DNA of 64,000 bases from Amoebidium appalachense (taxonomy: Eukaryota; Protista; Ichthyosporea), in assembly GCA_963693365.1 (NCBI GenBank), contig CAVNZM010000003.1, positions 5,519,999 through 5,583,998 of the forward strand, in the 5' to 3' direction. Shown here piece by piece: positions 26,127 to 42,973 of the stretch; position 1 is the stretch's first letter, and every line of letters starts with the position of its first letter. The position numbers and the translations under genes were made by a program. The notes under the pieces are model-generated. The model was not told the DNA's origin, did not search any database, and worked only from the letters and a program-made list of their open reading frames with translations.

Positions 26127-27391
26127 CTAATCTTCATCGTTTTCATCACTGTCCCCGTGAATAACCTGTATATCTGAAACTTGCTTTGCTCGTGTCCTGC
26201 CACTGCGGGCAGGGGCTGGTTTCTGACTCGGTTTTGGTTTCTTTGCTCGACCACTTTCTTTCCCTTTCTTCCCCTCGACCTTCTCGCCCAAAGCCATCAT
26301 GTCCTCCAATTCCTCATCTACTGCCGTCTCAAATGACGTCTCTTCCTGGCGGTGCCGTTTGTACACACCAAAAGAATTATCTGACACCCCTCTCTTTGAA
26401 CCCTGGGAATATGCAGAGGGGTTCGACATCATGGAGGCCCCAAAAGTGTGGGATTGGGTGCTGGTAACGGTGGTGAGGGACGGATTGAAGGGGGGTACGG
26501 GCATGGAAAAACCGGGTGGGGGGAGGGGGAGAATGGGCAGGGGGAGGTTGAGGGGGGTTTTGGGCTGAGTGGTACCGGGCGGGGGGAGGGTGGGGATGGG
26601 ATTTTGATTGGTCGTACCAGGGGGGGGGAGGGGGGGGGCGAGACCGTGTTGGACGGTAATGTCGGGGAGGGGCTGGGGGTCATTCCAATCACGAAGTTTC
26701 TGTGTGCTCTCGTCGATTGTTCTACGGTATGATTCCCTCATGGTCGCAATGTGTGACTGAAGCTTGGTAATCTCGGCCCGGTATCTTTCCCCTTCAGCCT
26801 GATGCTCCAGGATATCGGCCACCTTTCCAACAAGCTGCCCTTCGAGGTCCCGATTCTTTGCCGATAACACCTGTTCCTTTGCATCTGCAAGGTGTTTTTG
26901 TTTGGCCGCCGCCGATTTTAGCTCGGCAATTTCCCCCTTAAGGATTTGGATGTCGTGATCCTTCGTTTGTAATTCTTTCTCTGCAGCTTCCAGCTTCTCC
27001 TGCAATTCGGTGGTTGGGGTGGTGACAGCGGGTGCAGTGGCCGCAGTACCGACCTTTGCCAATGCAGAGGCAATGGCACTGTCTACTTTCGACTGCAACA
27101 CAGTCTCCAAGTACTCTTCGAACATTTTTGGATCGACGGGAGCAGTGTCGCCGGAGTGTGGGGGGGGGGTTGGATGGGGGGGGGGACTTCCCCGCCGAAG
27201 TGTGGGGGGGTTGGATGGGGGGGGGGACTTCCCCGCCGAAGTGTGGGGGGGTTGGATGGGGAGAGGACTTCGCCGCCGGAGTGTGGGGGGGAGTTGGATG
27301 GGGGGGGGGCTTGCGTTGTGACGGGGTCGGCGGACTTGCTGATGTTGGTTTCGTATGACCCCGACCCGGGAGCTTGCTGGGAATAATCCAT
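26127..27391 (-). CDS. Coiled-coil plus proline-rich protein; main frame from MFEEY (27125), possible upstream start MDYSQQ (27391) separated by a minisatellite
   Basis: Heptad-rich ELQEKLEAAEKELQTKDHDIQILKGEIAEL, Pro-rich middle, basic/acidic tail. Confidence 0.6.
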
Positions 27392-27439
27392 CGTGACAGT
27401 TTTCACAAAAAAAAAGGATAAACAAAGGGAAAAAAAGAA

Positions 27440-27725
27440 AGGAAGTCTTACGTTTCTCTGCGCAAACACAGTCGTGTGCAAACCCAGTCGTGAACAAGGG
27501 AAAAAGGAAAAAAAAAACAAGGGAAAAAGGAAAAAAAAAAGAAAGTGCTACGAATACGATTCTCTGTTGTGAACAAAGGAAAAAGTAAAAAAAAGAGTGT
27601 TACGTTTCTCTGCGCAAACACAGTCCTGTGCAAACCCAGTCGTGAACAAGAGAAAAAGAAAAAAAAAGAGAGTGTTACGTTTCTCTAGGCAAACACCGTC
27701 GTGTGCAAACACAGCCATGAACAAA
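27440..27725. repeat. Three copies of TACGTTTCTCTGCGCAAACACAGTC..GTGCAAAC with A-rich linkers
   Basis: Direct inspection. Confidence 0.7.
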
Positions 27726-28875
27726 AGAATCAGAAAAGTAGAAAATGACAGCGCTGTGAACTGATATAAAAAAACCGCCATCAATAATTTATGTGAAGCC
27801 ATTGCGCAAAATACGATCTTATGTTACGAGAATCAAGCATAAGAAAAACAGAACCTTTTGGCGCTGTTAGCGAATATATCTCTAATCGTGTTTGGTTCAC
27901 AGGTAAACTGTATAAAAAAGGTGAATATACGAAATAAAAATATAATATACAGGACAAAACGAGCGCTAGTTTAAAACATCGAAGGATATACGCTTTCACA
28001 ACATCTTATTCGCGGACCTTTTTACGTGCAAGCGTTTTGATTGGTGCATAGGGGTTGGTTCTTGCCCCACGTGATTCGCGGCGCTGATGCTCAGGGTATT
28101 CTGATTGACCGAAATCGAAGCATCGGATTCAAATTGGGCAAATACAAAACGCTTTCCAACCAAAATCCCAAGCGCATGGTTGTTTATTTATAGAACCTTA
28201 TATGTCATAAAACATACAACCCTCTTTTAGGATTTCCCTTATTCCTTGCTCAGTCAAAACGCTCCAGGGTCGGTGCTGCTATCAGTCACTAAGTAATTTC
28301 ATTGGCCAGTCATCACGTAAATGCGCCAGCCAACAAAACCAATCGGTGATTGGTGAATAATGGTTGGGTCAACGTGATCGGGCACTGGTACTCTAGGCAA
28401 GCGCTTATCGGCATTGGTACAATCTAGTTGGTCAATACACCGTGACTCAAGGCTGCAACGCTTTTCGAAGACCAGATTCACAGGACCCTTTCCAAACAAA
28501 ATTCCAAGCAAATGTCTGTGTCCGCGTAAAGTATAAATAAACATAAATAAATTATGCTTTTTTAATATTTATTGCCTATTAGAATAAATCACAATTGTTA
28601 CTCGCAAAAGGGTCTTGGTTGGGCAGGCTGGCCTTGCTACCCAAACTATTATTAGCCGATCTCACTGATTAGCTTATTATCACGTACGCGCCAATCAGTG
28701 ATTCCATTGGCCAAACTGAACAAAACATTAATTGGCCAGTCATCAAAAACGTGATTTTCTTGCTTGCTTCAAGCTTTGCGAAATGAGAATATATGTTCAA
28801 CACTCTCTTTGCGCTCTATATACAACGGAGAAATTACAAGAGTCCATCTTGATTCCCGAACGAACAAATATAACC

Positions 28876-29067
28876 AAGCGCACCACACCAGTTCGTGTTA
28901 CTTTCGCCCGGCGCTGCTGTTGTACATGTTTCAAACATAACCAAGCGCGCCACACCAATTCGTGTCACTTTCGCCCAGCGCTGCTGTTGTGCATGTTTCA
29001 AACGTAATCAGGCGCACCACATCAGTTCGTGTCACTTTCGCCCAGCGCTGCTGTTGTACATGTTTCC
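28876..29067. repeat. Tandem repeat, ~67 bp x3 (..CAGTTCGTGTCACTTTCGCCCAGCGCTGCTGTTGTACATGTTTC..)
   Basis: Direct inspection. Confidence 0.85.
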
Positions 29068-29361
29068 ATTGTAATTACAAATAGGCTAGACGAAAACAAC
29101 AAAGAAACTTGTTATAATAACCTGTGCACACCGCGCTATCAGTTGTCCCCTTTTTTAGCCAATACAGATACATAGAATGTCCTTCATGTTTCCCTGTGCG
29201 AGGCACATTTTAGGCTTATGCACACAATCGTAGATTGTTTGGGATACGAAAACAGAGCACACACACAAACGAGTTCTGCTAAACACAAACATTGTTAGAC
29301 TGGACACAAAAAACATAGCGCGCGCATGCACGAGCTTTCCTAGGAACGATTGACACACACA

Positions 29362-29525
<164 letters not shown>

Positions 29526-29640
29526 AAGCACGAGCGCTACAACACGGTGGCACAAGCACACAGACAGAGCGCTCTCACAGACAGTCTTACAGGCAGAGGG
29601 TGCTCACAATTACACACATCACAAAAACACACACAGCAAC

Positions 29641-34825
<5,185 letters not shown>

Positions 34826-34828
<3 letters not shown>

Positions 34829-35190
34829 GGTTTGTGGTGGGTGCGGTGGGGGAAACGTAGTTGTAGTGGTGGCGGCGGGTAGGCCCCACATTCACATCTT
34901 ACTTAGGGTTTGTGGTGGGTGCGGTGGGGGGAAACGTAGTTGTAGTGGTGGCGGCGGGTAGGCCCCACATTCACATCTTATTTAGGGTTTGTGGTGGGTG
35001 CGGTGGGGGAAACGTAGTTGTAGTGGTGGCGGCGGGTAGGCCCCACATTCACATCTTACTTAGGGTTTGTGGTGGGTGCGGTGGGGGAAACGTAGTTGTA
35101 GTGGTGGCGGCGGGTAGGCCCCACATTCACATCTTACTTAGGGTTTGTGGTGGGTGCGGTGGGGGAAACGTATTTGTGGTGGTGTGGGCA
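34826..35190. repeat. 78-bp tandem repeat x~4.5, starting at the KDM4-like stop codon
   Basis: TAGGGTTTGTGGTGGGTGCGGTGGGGGAAACG.. at ~34826, 34904, 34983, 35061 and 35139. Confidence 0.9.
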
Positions 35191-35467
35191 GTAGGCACAC
35201 ATCCACATCTATAGGGGTTTGTGATGGGTGTGGTGGAGGAAAGACGTGGTACAAAGTTTTCATACCAAGTTTTCTGTAATGTTTATTCGAATGTGATCTG
35301 CTTCAATCTTATCCAAATTTTCATGTATATTGTATTTGCCCGGTAACAGTACCAAGTTTCCGTAATGATTATTGAATGTATTTGCCCGTGGTAGCGGGAG
35401 AGACTCCATTTAATATACCCCAAGTCTCCTTTTCAATCTGTGTACAAGCACACTGGCACGTACATTG

Positions 35468-35762
<295 letters not shown>

Positions 35763-35953
35763 GATACACATGCTACCAAGTTTTCATTGAACGGTGAAGG
35801 GGAGGGGGGGGGAGATAGACTCCAGCTCATCAAAATTAAACATCCCAACAGATTCTCTCGTCATTTACATTTTCCATGTTTGTGGAGATTCTCTCGTCAT
35901 TTACATTTTCCATGTTTGTGGTGTAAGTCCATTCATCCTTTGTGTGTAGGTCT

Positions 35954-36214
35954 CTATGCATCCTCAGGCTCCATCATCTTCTGCAGTACAATTGCTGTCT
36001 GTCGTTGATTCTTCGGCACCCACTTCTTGAATCCACACTTCTCCGCCAACTCATCGGGCAGATCTATATAGCCCTTTTCCGCAAGCTCTTGTGCGTATGC
36101 TCGTTGCTCCATCTGCGTCCGCCGGGTGGTGGCCTCGGTCGGCACAATAGTTGCCTGCACCACGGGTGCCTTGCCGGGCTCCTCCTTCAGCTTGTACTCC
36201 CATTGGTACGCCAT
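35954..36214 (-). CDS. Small hypothetical protein (86 aa)
   Basis: Compact ORF, tandem with 36251..36643. Confidence 0.5.
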   Translation of the reverse strand: MAYQWEYKLKEEPGKAPVVQATIVPTEATTRRTQMEQRAYAQELAEKGYIDLPDELAEKCGFKKWVPKNQRQTAIVLQKMMEPEDA

Positions 36215-36250
36215 ACTCTATGCCACAAAAATCTCTGCTCACCCAACCCT

Positions 36251-36643
36251 TCAAGTGCGCTCCTTGATCACCACCGCAGGCGCATGCGCACACGTGGGGC
36301 ACGCCGGGCACTTCTGCTCGGGCGGGCAGCGCGTGCATGCGGGGCACTGTGCGCACCGAGTGGGGCTGGCACCGCACACGTGGCAGCGGGGGCAGTGCGC
36401 ACACTTGCGGCGGGGAACGCAGCTGCCGCAGCTGGCACACATTGGGCACGCACGCTGGCACTTGAGCACTGCCAGGCGCCGCCGCACACGTGGGCTGAAC
36501 GTGTCCCAGAGCACGTAGAGGATCAGGCCGGCCAGGATGGCCAGTAGGATGGGGGAGGGCCCGGGGGTGCTGCGCGGGCTTGTGCGGATCGGGGGAGGGG
36601 GTGCGAATGGGCTGGGTGGGGGAAGGGGTGCGCCAGCGTCCAT
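36251..36643 (-). CDS. Single-TM protein with a Cys-rich CxxC-repeat tail
   Basis: ILLAILAGLILYVLW followed by CQRACPMCASCGSC..CAHCPRCHVC..CAQCPACTRC..CPACPTC. Confidence 0.65.
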   Translation of the reverse strand: MDAGAPLPPPSPFAPPPPIRTSPRSTPGPSPILLAILAGLILYVLWDTFSPRVRRRLAVLKCQRACPMCASCGSCVPRRKCAHCPRCHVCGASPTRCAQCPACTRCPPEQKCPACPTCAHAPAVVIKERT

Positions 36644-36746
36644 GTTACCCGGTGCACGATATAATGTGGGGTTGGGGTTGTGCGGGCAGATGGGAGGAGG
36701 GTTTGGGGGGGGGGGAGGGGGGGGGGGCGCTCATGAGCAAGGGTAT

Positions 36747-37096
36747 GGTGATAGCGATCATGACCCTACTCTCAAGCAACACAGGTGCAAGCGCACGGTG
36801 ATAGCGCTCATGACCCTACTCTCAAGCAACACAGGTGCAAGCGCACGGTGATAGCGCTCATGACCCTACTCTCAAGCAACACAGGTGCAAGCGCACGGTG
36901 ATAGCGCTCATGACCCTACTCTCAAGCAACACAGGTGCAAGCGCACGGTGATAGCGCTCATGACCCTACTCTCAAGCAACACAGGTGCAAGCGCACGGTG
37001 ATAGCGCTCATGACCCTACTCTCAAGCAACACAGGTGCAAGCGCACGGTGATAGCGCTCATGACCCTACTCTCAAGCAACACAGGTGCAAGCGCAC
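36747..37096 (+). repeat. 50-bp tandem array x7 (GGTGATAGCGCTCATGACCCTACTCTCAAGCAACACAGGTGCAAGCGCAC)
   Basis: Near-identical copies at 50-bp periodicity, no spacers. Confidence 0.97.
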
Positions 37097-37451
37097 GGGC
37101 AGGCCCGACCATAACCCCGTTTTTACGGTAAAAAATACCCTAAACGTTTCAAAAATACCATCATATTTTCAGTTTATGGTAAACCCCTGCAAATTTCGTG
37201 GTAAGCTAAAATAGGAACCCCCTTTCACCCCCTTTAACTGGGGATGAAAATATACCATACACCCCAGGCAAAAATATTCCGGACTTCAAAAAATACCAAG
37301 AAACAAATCCGAATTTTCGGGCTTGCGCACGGGTTATGCCGAAGCAACACCAATTGGATTTGGCCAATCAGCGCGGCTAGCCGATGGTAACTAGATTTAT
37401 CCAACCAATCATCCGAAAAGATGTGTCATCCGCGTTTAGCCAATCAGCGCG

Positions 37452-39332
37452 ATGACTGATGTTATTATATCCAAATCGTTTCAAATACACCGACCTCAGC
37501 TGCACGAAAACACAACAGGATTTGGCATGCAGGGTATAGGCAGAATTATTATTTCGCTGTCAGCAATGGGACTTGCACCCTCAATGCCAGTGCGTGTTCG
37601 GATCGTTCCATCGAAGACACCGCTGTTGTTAGGCCCTGTAGGGGAAGATGTTGTAGTGTTTTCTCTTGCAAACACCAACGGCCTTGCCACGGTTTCAACC
37701 CCCGAAGATGTCACTCTAGTGGAAACGTTGCACCCTTTTGTTGTGTTTGAGGTAGACACCTCGTTGAGTCTATTGCAACTGCAGGAAGAGTTGAAAGCAG
37801 GTTTCCGTGCATGCACAGCGGTGTACCTCCGAAGCTATGACAAGCTGGCCGTGTACAACCCTGAAGGGCGCTGTTGCCTTGCAACTAGGACGGTGATGCA
37901 GGCCACAGCAGCAGAGATTGCGGCAAAAATGTCCGAACTGGACCAAAAAACGAGCGAGAGCTTTGCCGATATGTTTTTTGCAACCTCCACTTTGGCGGAT
38001 GTCCAATACGCCATAGAGAATAACAGTGATTTTCAGGATAGTAGGTTCTGGAACTGGTGGGGTTTACTTCCTGAGGATGCTATTAGAAGGATCGTAGAGA
38101 CACACCCCAGTGAGGGGTACACGGGGGACGGCAAACTGCGGCATTACCCGCCGTGCACTGCGTGGTTGCGAGGGTCTGCAGGAGTTGTCAAGTTAGACAG
38201 CTCTGCGTATACGTTAGAGTCGTTTAACACGTGTTTGCTGCTGCGATTGATGGACCATTATGCCCACCGGAGGGACCACGACAACGACGGCTACGACGAT
38301 GTCCATGCGAATATAATACTAGATATGGCCACCCAAAAGGCCAATATTTTGGCACAAGCTGCCTCAAACCCGCCAGTTACAACTGCACCCCGTACCCAAG
38401 CCCACCTGTACGACTACGCAAACATCATTAGACACAAGCTGGAATGGGACAAAAAGCTTTCGAATTTAGTTAGCAGGGTCCAGGCGGATTACAGCGAGGG
38501 TGGGCCTGCCGAGCGCAAAAACATATTCGGGCGGTGCACGGGGTGGTTTGCTTACGAGATTCAGGAAGGGCAGGAAGAAGGCGAGTTTGTTCCCCTGGGC
38601 CAGATCGATACCGACATCGAAACCGTCGAAATTTCCACATACATGCGGCGTCTGCAAGTGGGCGTGTCGTGGCAGATGCTTGTGGACGTCATGAACAAAC
38701 GACACGTCATTGTGCTTCCCTTCGATTGGGGAGACTTAATTGACACAATCAGGAAAGATGTTGAGCGCGAAGAGTTCCAAAAAGCCCAAAAGGAGGGGCA
38801 AGGTAGAGATTTGCCATTCGTTGTTGACGGGTTGTATGCTTACGACACCGAAACCCGGCAAGCGGCCGTCATCTACCCCCCGAGTGGATATGACCAAATC
38901 ATGCTCAACGATGCCGACGGCGTCTGCCCGTGGCAGGCAGAAATCGAGAATTATTGGGTAGAAACCCCCTCCGACCATTTGGAACAACAGCGCAGCAGCT
39001 ATATCGGTATTAACAAGACCACGGGCCAGCCTGACACGTCTCCCAGCGCGGATGCCCTGTGGAGTGCTGTTCCTATCGCCGAGGTTTTGGATGGTGCGGA
39101 TTGGTACCCGCAACTGCCGTGTCAGACAGCCCTCGAGGATGCCATCAGGAATCACCATGTGCAAGTAGTTGGTGAACCATACGACCACTGGTTGTATTAT
39201 GAAGCAGCAACCAACACATGGGATGAACTTTGGCCTGACTGTGATCGGTATCACCATATTACCAGCAGGCCAGGCGACTTCGTGCCTTTTTACGATCAAT
39301 GGCCTGACGGATCGGTATCACCATATTACTAG
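37452..39332 (+). CDS. Orphan intronless protein (up to 626 aa; true start may be downstream), acidic and Trp-rich C-terminus
   Basis: Long ORF preceded by several CCAAT boxes (37350-37446); ~68-bp duplication across the stop; AATAAA at ~39365. Confidence 0.7.
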   Translation: MTDVIISKSFQIHRPQLHENTTGFGMQGIGRIIISLSAMGLAPSMPVRVRIVPSKTPLLLGPVGEDVVVFSLANTNGLATVSTPEDVTLVETLHPFVVFEVDTSLSLLQLQEELKAGFRACTAVYLRSYDKLAVYNPEGRCCLATRTVMQATAAEIAAKMSELDQKTSESFADMFFATSTLADVQYAIENNSDFQDSRFWNWWGLLPEDAIRRIVETHPSEGYTGDGKLRHYPPCTAWLRGSAGVVKLDSSAYTLESFNTCLLLRLMDHYAHRRDHDNDGYDDVHANIILDMATQKANILAQAASNPPVTTAPRTQAHLYDYANIIRHKLEWDKKLSNLVSRVQADYSEGGPAERKNIFGRCTGWFAYEIQEGQEEGEFVPLGQIDTDIETVEISTYMRRLQVGVSWQMLVDVMNKRHVIVLPFDWGDLIDTIRKDVEREEFQKAQKEGQGRDLPFVVDGLYAYDTETRQAAVIYPPSGYDQIMLNDADGVCPWQAEIENYWVETPSDHLEQQRSSYIGINKTTGQPDTSPSADALWSAVPIAEVLDGADWYPQLPCQTALEDAIRNHHVQVVGEPYDHWLYYEAATNTWDELWPDCDRYHHITSRPGDFVPFYDQWPDGSVSPYY

Positions 39333-39419
39333 CAGGGTAGGCGACTTCGTGCTTTTTTACGATCAATAAAATTCAACTTATTATAAATATGTGACACTCA
39401 GTGCATTCTCACGAAGGGG

Positions 39420-39697
39420 GTGGGGGAGGGGGATGCAAAGTGTGCATGTGTGTACCCGAATGCCTTTGTATGTGTGTGGGGGAGGGGGATGCAAAGTGTG
39501 CATGTGTGTACCCGAATGCCTTTGTATGTGTGTGGGGGAGGGGGATGCAAAGTGTGCATGTGTGTACCCGAATGCCTTTGTATGTGTGTGGGGGAGGGGG
39601 ATGCAAAGTGTGCATGTGTGTACCCGAATGCCTTTGTGTGGGGGGGGGGGAGGGGGATGCAAAGTGTGCATGTGTGTACCCGAATGCCGTTGTATGT

Positions 39698-39705
<8 letters not shown>
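39420..39705. repeat. 56-bp tandem repeat x5
   Basis: GGGGAGGGGGATGCAAAGTGTGCATGTGTGTACCCGAATGCCTTTGTATGTGTGT. Confidence 0.92.
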
Positions 39706-39728
<23 letters not shown>

Positions 39729-39747
39729 GGGGGGGGGGGCGGGGGAT

Positions 39748-39866
39748 GCATGCGCTTGCACCTGTGTTGTTTGGGAGTAGGGTCATGAGCGCTATCACCG
39801 GGCGCTTCCACATGTGTTGTTTGAGAGATGAGGCATGAGCGCTATCACCGGGCGCTTTGTGTATGT

Positions 39867-39931
<65 letters not shown>

Positions 39932-40205
39932 TGCGTGCGCTTGCACCTGTGTTGTTTGGGAGTAGGGTCATGAGCGCTATCACCGGGCGCTTCCACATGT
40001 GTTGTTGGAGAGATGAGGCATGAGCGCTATCACCGGGCGCTTTGTGTATGTGGGGGGGGGGGGGGGGGGGGGGGGGGGGGTGGGGTGGGGGGGGGGGGTG
40101 GGGGGGATGCGTGCGCTTGCACCTGTGTTGTTTGGGAGTAGGGTCATGAGCGCTATCACCGGGCGCTTTCACATGTGTTGTTTGAGAGATGAGGCATGAG
40201 CGCCC
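39748..40205 (-). repeat. Inverted copies of the 50-bp unit: three dimers (variants A+B) separated by poly-G
   Basis: GCGCTTGCACCTGTGTTGTTTGGGAGTAGGGTCATGAGCGCTATCACC is the reverse complement of the 36747 unit apart from 2 substitutions. Confidence 0.93.
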
Positions 40206-40404
40206 GTGTCTGTGAGCAGGTCGATGCGGCCCGCGGGGGTCACCACTTCGCGTTTCCCACCTTCAATCCGTGCCAATTTGTCGCTGACAAACGCCTCGTT
40301 GTAGGTGGCCATCACTGTAGGTCACAAAAAAATCAGTGGCCGACGAAGAAGACCAGGGGTTATATAAAGCGTTATCATGTTTCTTTTCTTGCCACTTAGC
40401 AGTA

Positions 40405-40860
40405 ATGGACCTCCAATACACGCCAACCGTAGAGACACCCCCTAACCCGAAGCGCCACGCTTGCACACTGTGTTCAGCAATGTTCACATTCAAGGCAAAT
40501 CTAAAAAGACACGAAAATACCCACAAGAATAATAGCACCGGCGCATATGCCTGTCCACAACCCGGCTGCTTTGCAAGCTTTGCCCGCAGCGACCACATGA
40601 AACTGCACCAGCGCACACACTCTGGCAGCCGACCCTATCAATGCCCAGACTGTCCAGCCACTTACGTCTATCCTGCGGGTTTGTGGGTTCACCGACGAAC
40701 AGCTCATGAAGGGTGTCAGCTGCCGAGACGGCCCCGGCGCGCAAGCGGGCGTTTTACATGCCCCTTCGACCAGTGCCAGGCTGCATTTGCCTGGTCTACA
40801 ACCCTGAACAGGCACGTCGAGACTGAACACCCCAGTCTTGTGCCCAGCCCGAAGGTATAA
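40405..40860 (+). CDS. C2H2 zinc-finger protein (4 fingers), intronless
   Basis: CTLC..HENTH; CPQPGC..HQRTH-SGSRPY; CPDC..HRRTAH; CPFDQC..HVETEH. Confidence 0.92.
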   Translation: MDLQYTPTVETPPNPKRHACTLCSAMFTFKANLKRHENTHKNNSTGAYACPQPGCFASFARSDHMKLHQRTHSGSRPYQCPDCPATYVYPAGLWVHRRTAHEGCQLPRRPRRASGRFTCPFDQCQAAFAWSTTLNRHVETEHPSLVPSPKV

Positions 40861-40915
40861 AAGCGCTTGCCAGACCTCAGACCGTCAAATATTATCTATC
40901 CCCTTCACTACCACA

Positions 40916-42973
40916 ATGGATGTCATTCGCTCAAACATGAACACTGCCCGGTGCGACGGCAAGGATACGGAGAAGACCGAATACGAGGTTTGCTGCGAGG
41001 GTGCAGATCAACCCAAGCAGGCAAACCAAGGGCTCTCGCGCCGCAGTGCCTGTCCTGACTGGTACCTCGCAGTCTTTGCACCACAGGGGTCCCGGGAAGT
41101 TACGGTGGACAATGAGCCCTTCGATCACAACGACCTCCACAATTCCCTCAAGCGACAGTTTGGACTGGTTTATGCCGAAATAACCACCCGTCAGTCCAAG
41201 CGCCACAAGACCGCACACTACGAGTGCAACACCCGCCACCCAGCTCCCGGGCCTAACAGAGCTGCGCTCAAGTCATGGGCCAAGGAGAAATTTCCTTTGG
41301 CCAACAGGGTAGTAATGAACCCGATTCTCGACTGGACGACCGCGACGCGTTGGACCCAGGGGCCCCATACGACCACATTCGGCGAAGCACCTTGTACGGC
41401 AGCTGTCCCCGCTGTGGTTGCGAAAAAGGACAGCAAGCGGCTGGCTCATATTGAGGAGGTGTTTCGTGTTCTGGAGCAGGAGTCGACCGACCCTCCGGGT
41501 GGATACGAGTTCATGCCGGACCTGCTACCAACCACCTGGAAGGAAACTGAGCTCGTCGAGTACCTGCAGAAGTGGGTGGGAAAAATCAGCGGAACCTCCC
41601 TCTACCTCTTGAAGGTGTGGTGCCATGACAAGGGCGTGTACACACTCAAGACGTTGACCGAAAAAGACATGAAATGCACCATGCAGGGTTTTGTGGTCGA
41701 GTGGATGGAGGGCGAGGGTTGTGAAATCAAGCGGACATACACCGGCATTGACTTCCTTATGGGACGCCGCATTCCTCGTTATGGACTAGCAGTCTTTGAC
41801 CCCGCGTCGCCCAATCCCAAGACAGGAGAGACAAACCCAAAGTACCGCCAAGGAGCCTTGTTCACATATAACTTCTTTCGCGGCTTCCCCATCAAGTACA
41901 CCGAGGGCTTCCGTTTCATGGGTCCAGAATGCCCCGTGATCCCCTACCATCCTGGCCAGCAGGTTGTGGTCATGCCGGATCAGCTCCTCGACAAGTACCG
42001 TGTACGTGAATACGGGGGCATTGAGATGTTCATACGCCACGCATTCGAGGTGCTTGCCGATGGAAACGCCGAGGCATTCGAATACCTTCTTAAGTGGGTG
42101 GCCCAGATCTTCCAGTATCCGGACACTAAGTCTGGAGCGGCGGTTCTCGTCAAGTCAGTCCAGGGCACCGGAAAAAACGTGTTCTTCGACGTACTCAAGG
42201 CGCTCGTTGGCTCGGAATACTATGCCTACGTGAAGAACAAGGAACACATATCCAGCAAGTTCAACTCCCACCTCAACCACAAACTACTAGCTGTTATCGA
42301 CGAGTGTGTCTTTGGTGGGAGCCACGAGGCCAACAACCTTATCAAAAGTCTGATCACACAAGAAGACAGCCTTTTGGAGAAAAAGGGGGTGGATGGCATC
42401 TACACCAAAAACTTCGAGCGCTACGTGTTTCTGTCAAACGAAGACTGGCCCGTTCGTGTGGAGCTATCCGATCGGAGATTCATATGTCTCGAGGCAAACA
42501 GCAGCCGGGTGGGCCAGCTTCGATACTTCGACGAGTTCGTCAGATATCACAGGCAACCCGAAGTGCTGGAGGCTCTGTTTCACTTCTTCTTGGACCTTCC
42601 TGGTGTCCCTAAAACAATGCCGCCGCCGCCACAAACAAATCTCAAACAGAAGCTCATGGAGAAGAGTCTGCCCATCGAGATACAATTTCTGAGGGATGTC
42701 GCAACTGGCGCAGAGGGAACAGATGTTTTTGGTCTCGAGGATGGCACCTGGGCCACAACGGGTGGCTTGGTGGAGTGCATGAAAGAGTGGGCCGATGCAA
42801 ACATGATGGATAGCCGAAAGGTTGTCGGGGTCAAGAGGCTCGGCACGGTACTGACGCAGGTGTTTGGAGGTTCGGCCTTCGTGCCTGCAGGTGGAAGAGT
42901 TTCAAGAGGGGCGCCTGGAAGACACACACGTGCTCATTTGCTCGATTTTGCAAAAATCATGAGTTTCCAGTGA
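40916..42973 (+). CDS. SF3 helicase (D5/NrS-1-like, DUF5906-type) viral replication protein
   Basis: Walker A QGTGKN, KFNSHL, Walker B VIDE, IKSLIT..EKKG, FLSN, SDRRF. Confidence 0.9.
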   Translation: MDVIRSNMNTARCDGKDTEKTEYEVCCEGADQPKQANQGLSRRSACPDWYLAVFAPQGSREVTVDNEPFDHNDLHNSLKRQFGLVYAEITTRQSKRHKTAHYECNTRHPAPGPNRAALKSWAKEKFPLANRVVMNPILDWTTATRWTQGPHTTTFGEAPCTAAVPAVVAKKDSKRLAHIEEVFRVLEQESTDPPGGYEFMPDLLPTTWKETELVEYLQKWVGKISGTSLYLLKVWCHDKGVYTLKTLTEKDMKCTMQGFVVEWMEGEGCEIKRTYTGIDFLMGRRIPRYGLAVFDPASPNPKTGETNPKYRQGALFTYNFFRGFPIKYTEGFRFMGPECPVIPYHPGQQVVVMPDQLLDKYRVREYGGIEMFIRHAFEVLADGNAEAFEYLLKWVAQIFQYPDTKSGAAVLVKSVQGTGKNVFFDVLKALVGSEYYAYVKNKEHISSKFNSHLNHKLLAVIDECVFGGSHEANNLIKSLITQEDSLLEKKGVDGIYTKNFERYVFLSNEDWPVRVELSDRRFICLEANSSRVGQLRYFDEFVRYHRQPEVLEALFHFFLDLPGVPKTMPPPPQTNLKQKLMEKSLPIEIQFLRDVATGAEGTDVFGLEDGTWATTGGLVECMKEWADANMMDSRKVVGVKRLGTVLTQVFGGSAFVPAGGRVSRGAPGRHTRAHLLDFAKIMSFQ

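Noticed and set aside
36747-37096. CRISPR-like appearance of the 50-bp array
   Set aside because: Units are head-to-tail with no unique spacers, there are no cas genes, and the context is eukaryotic
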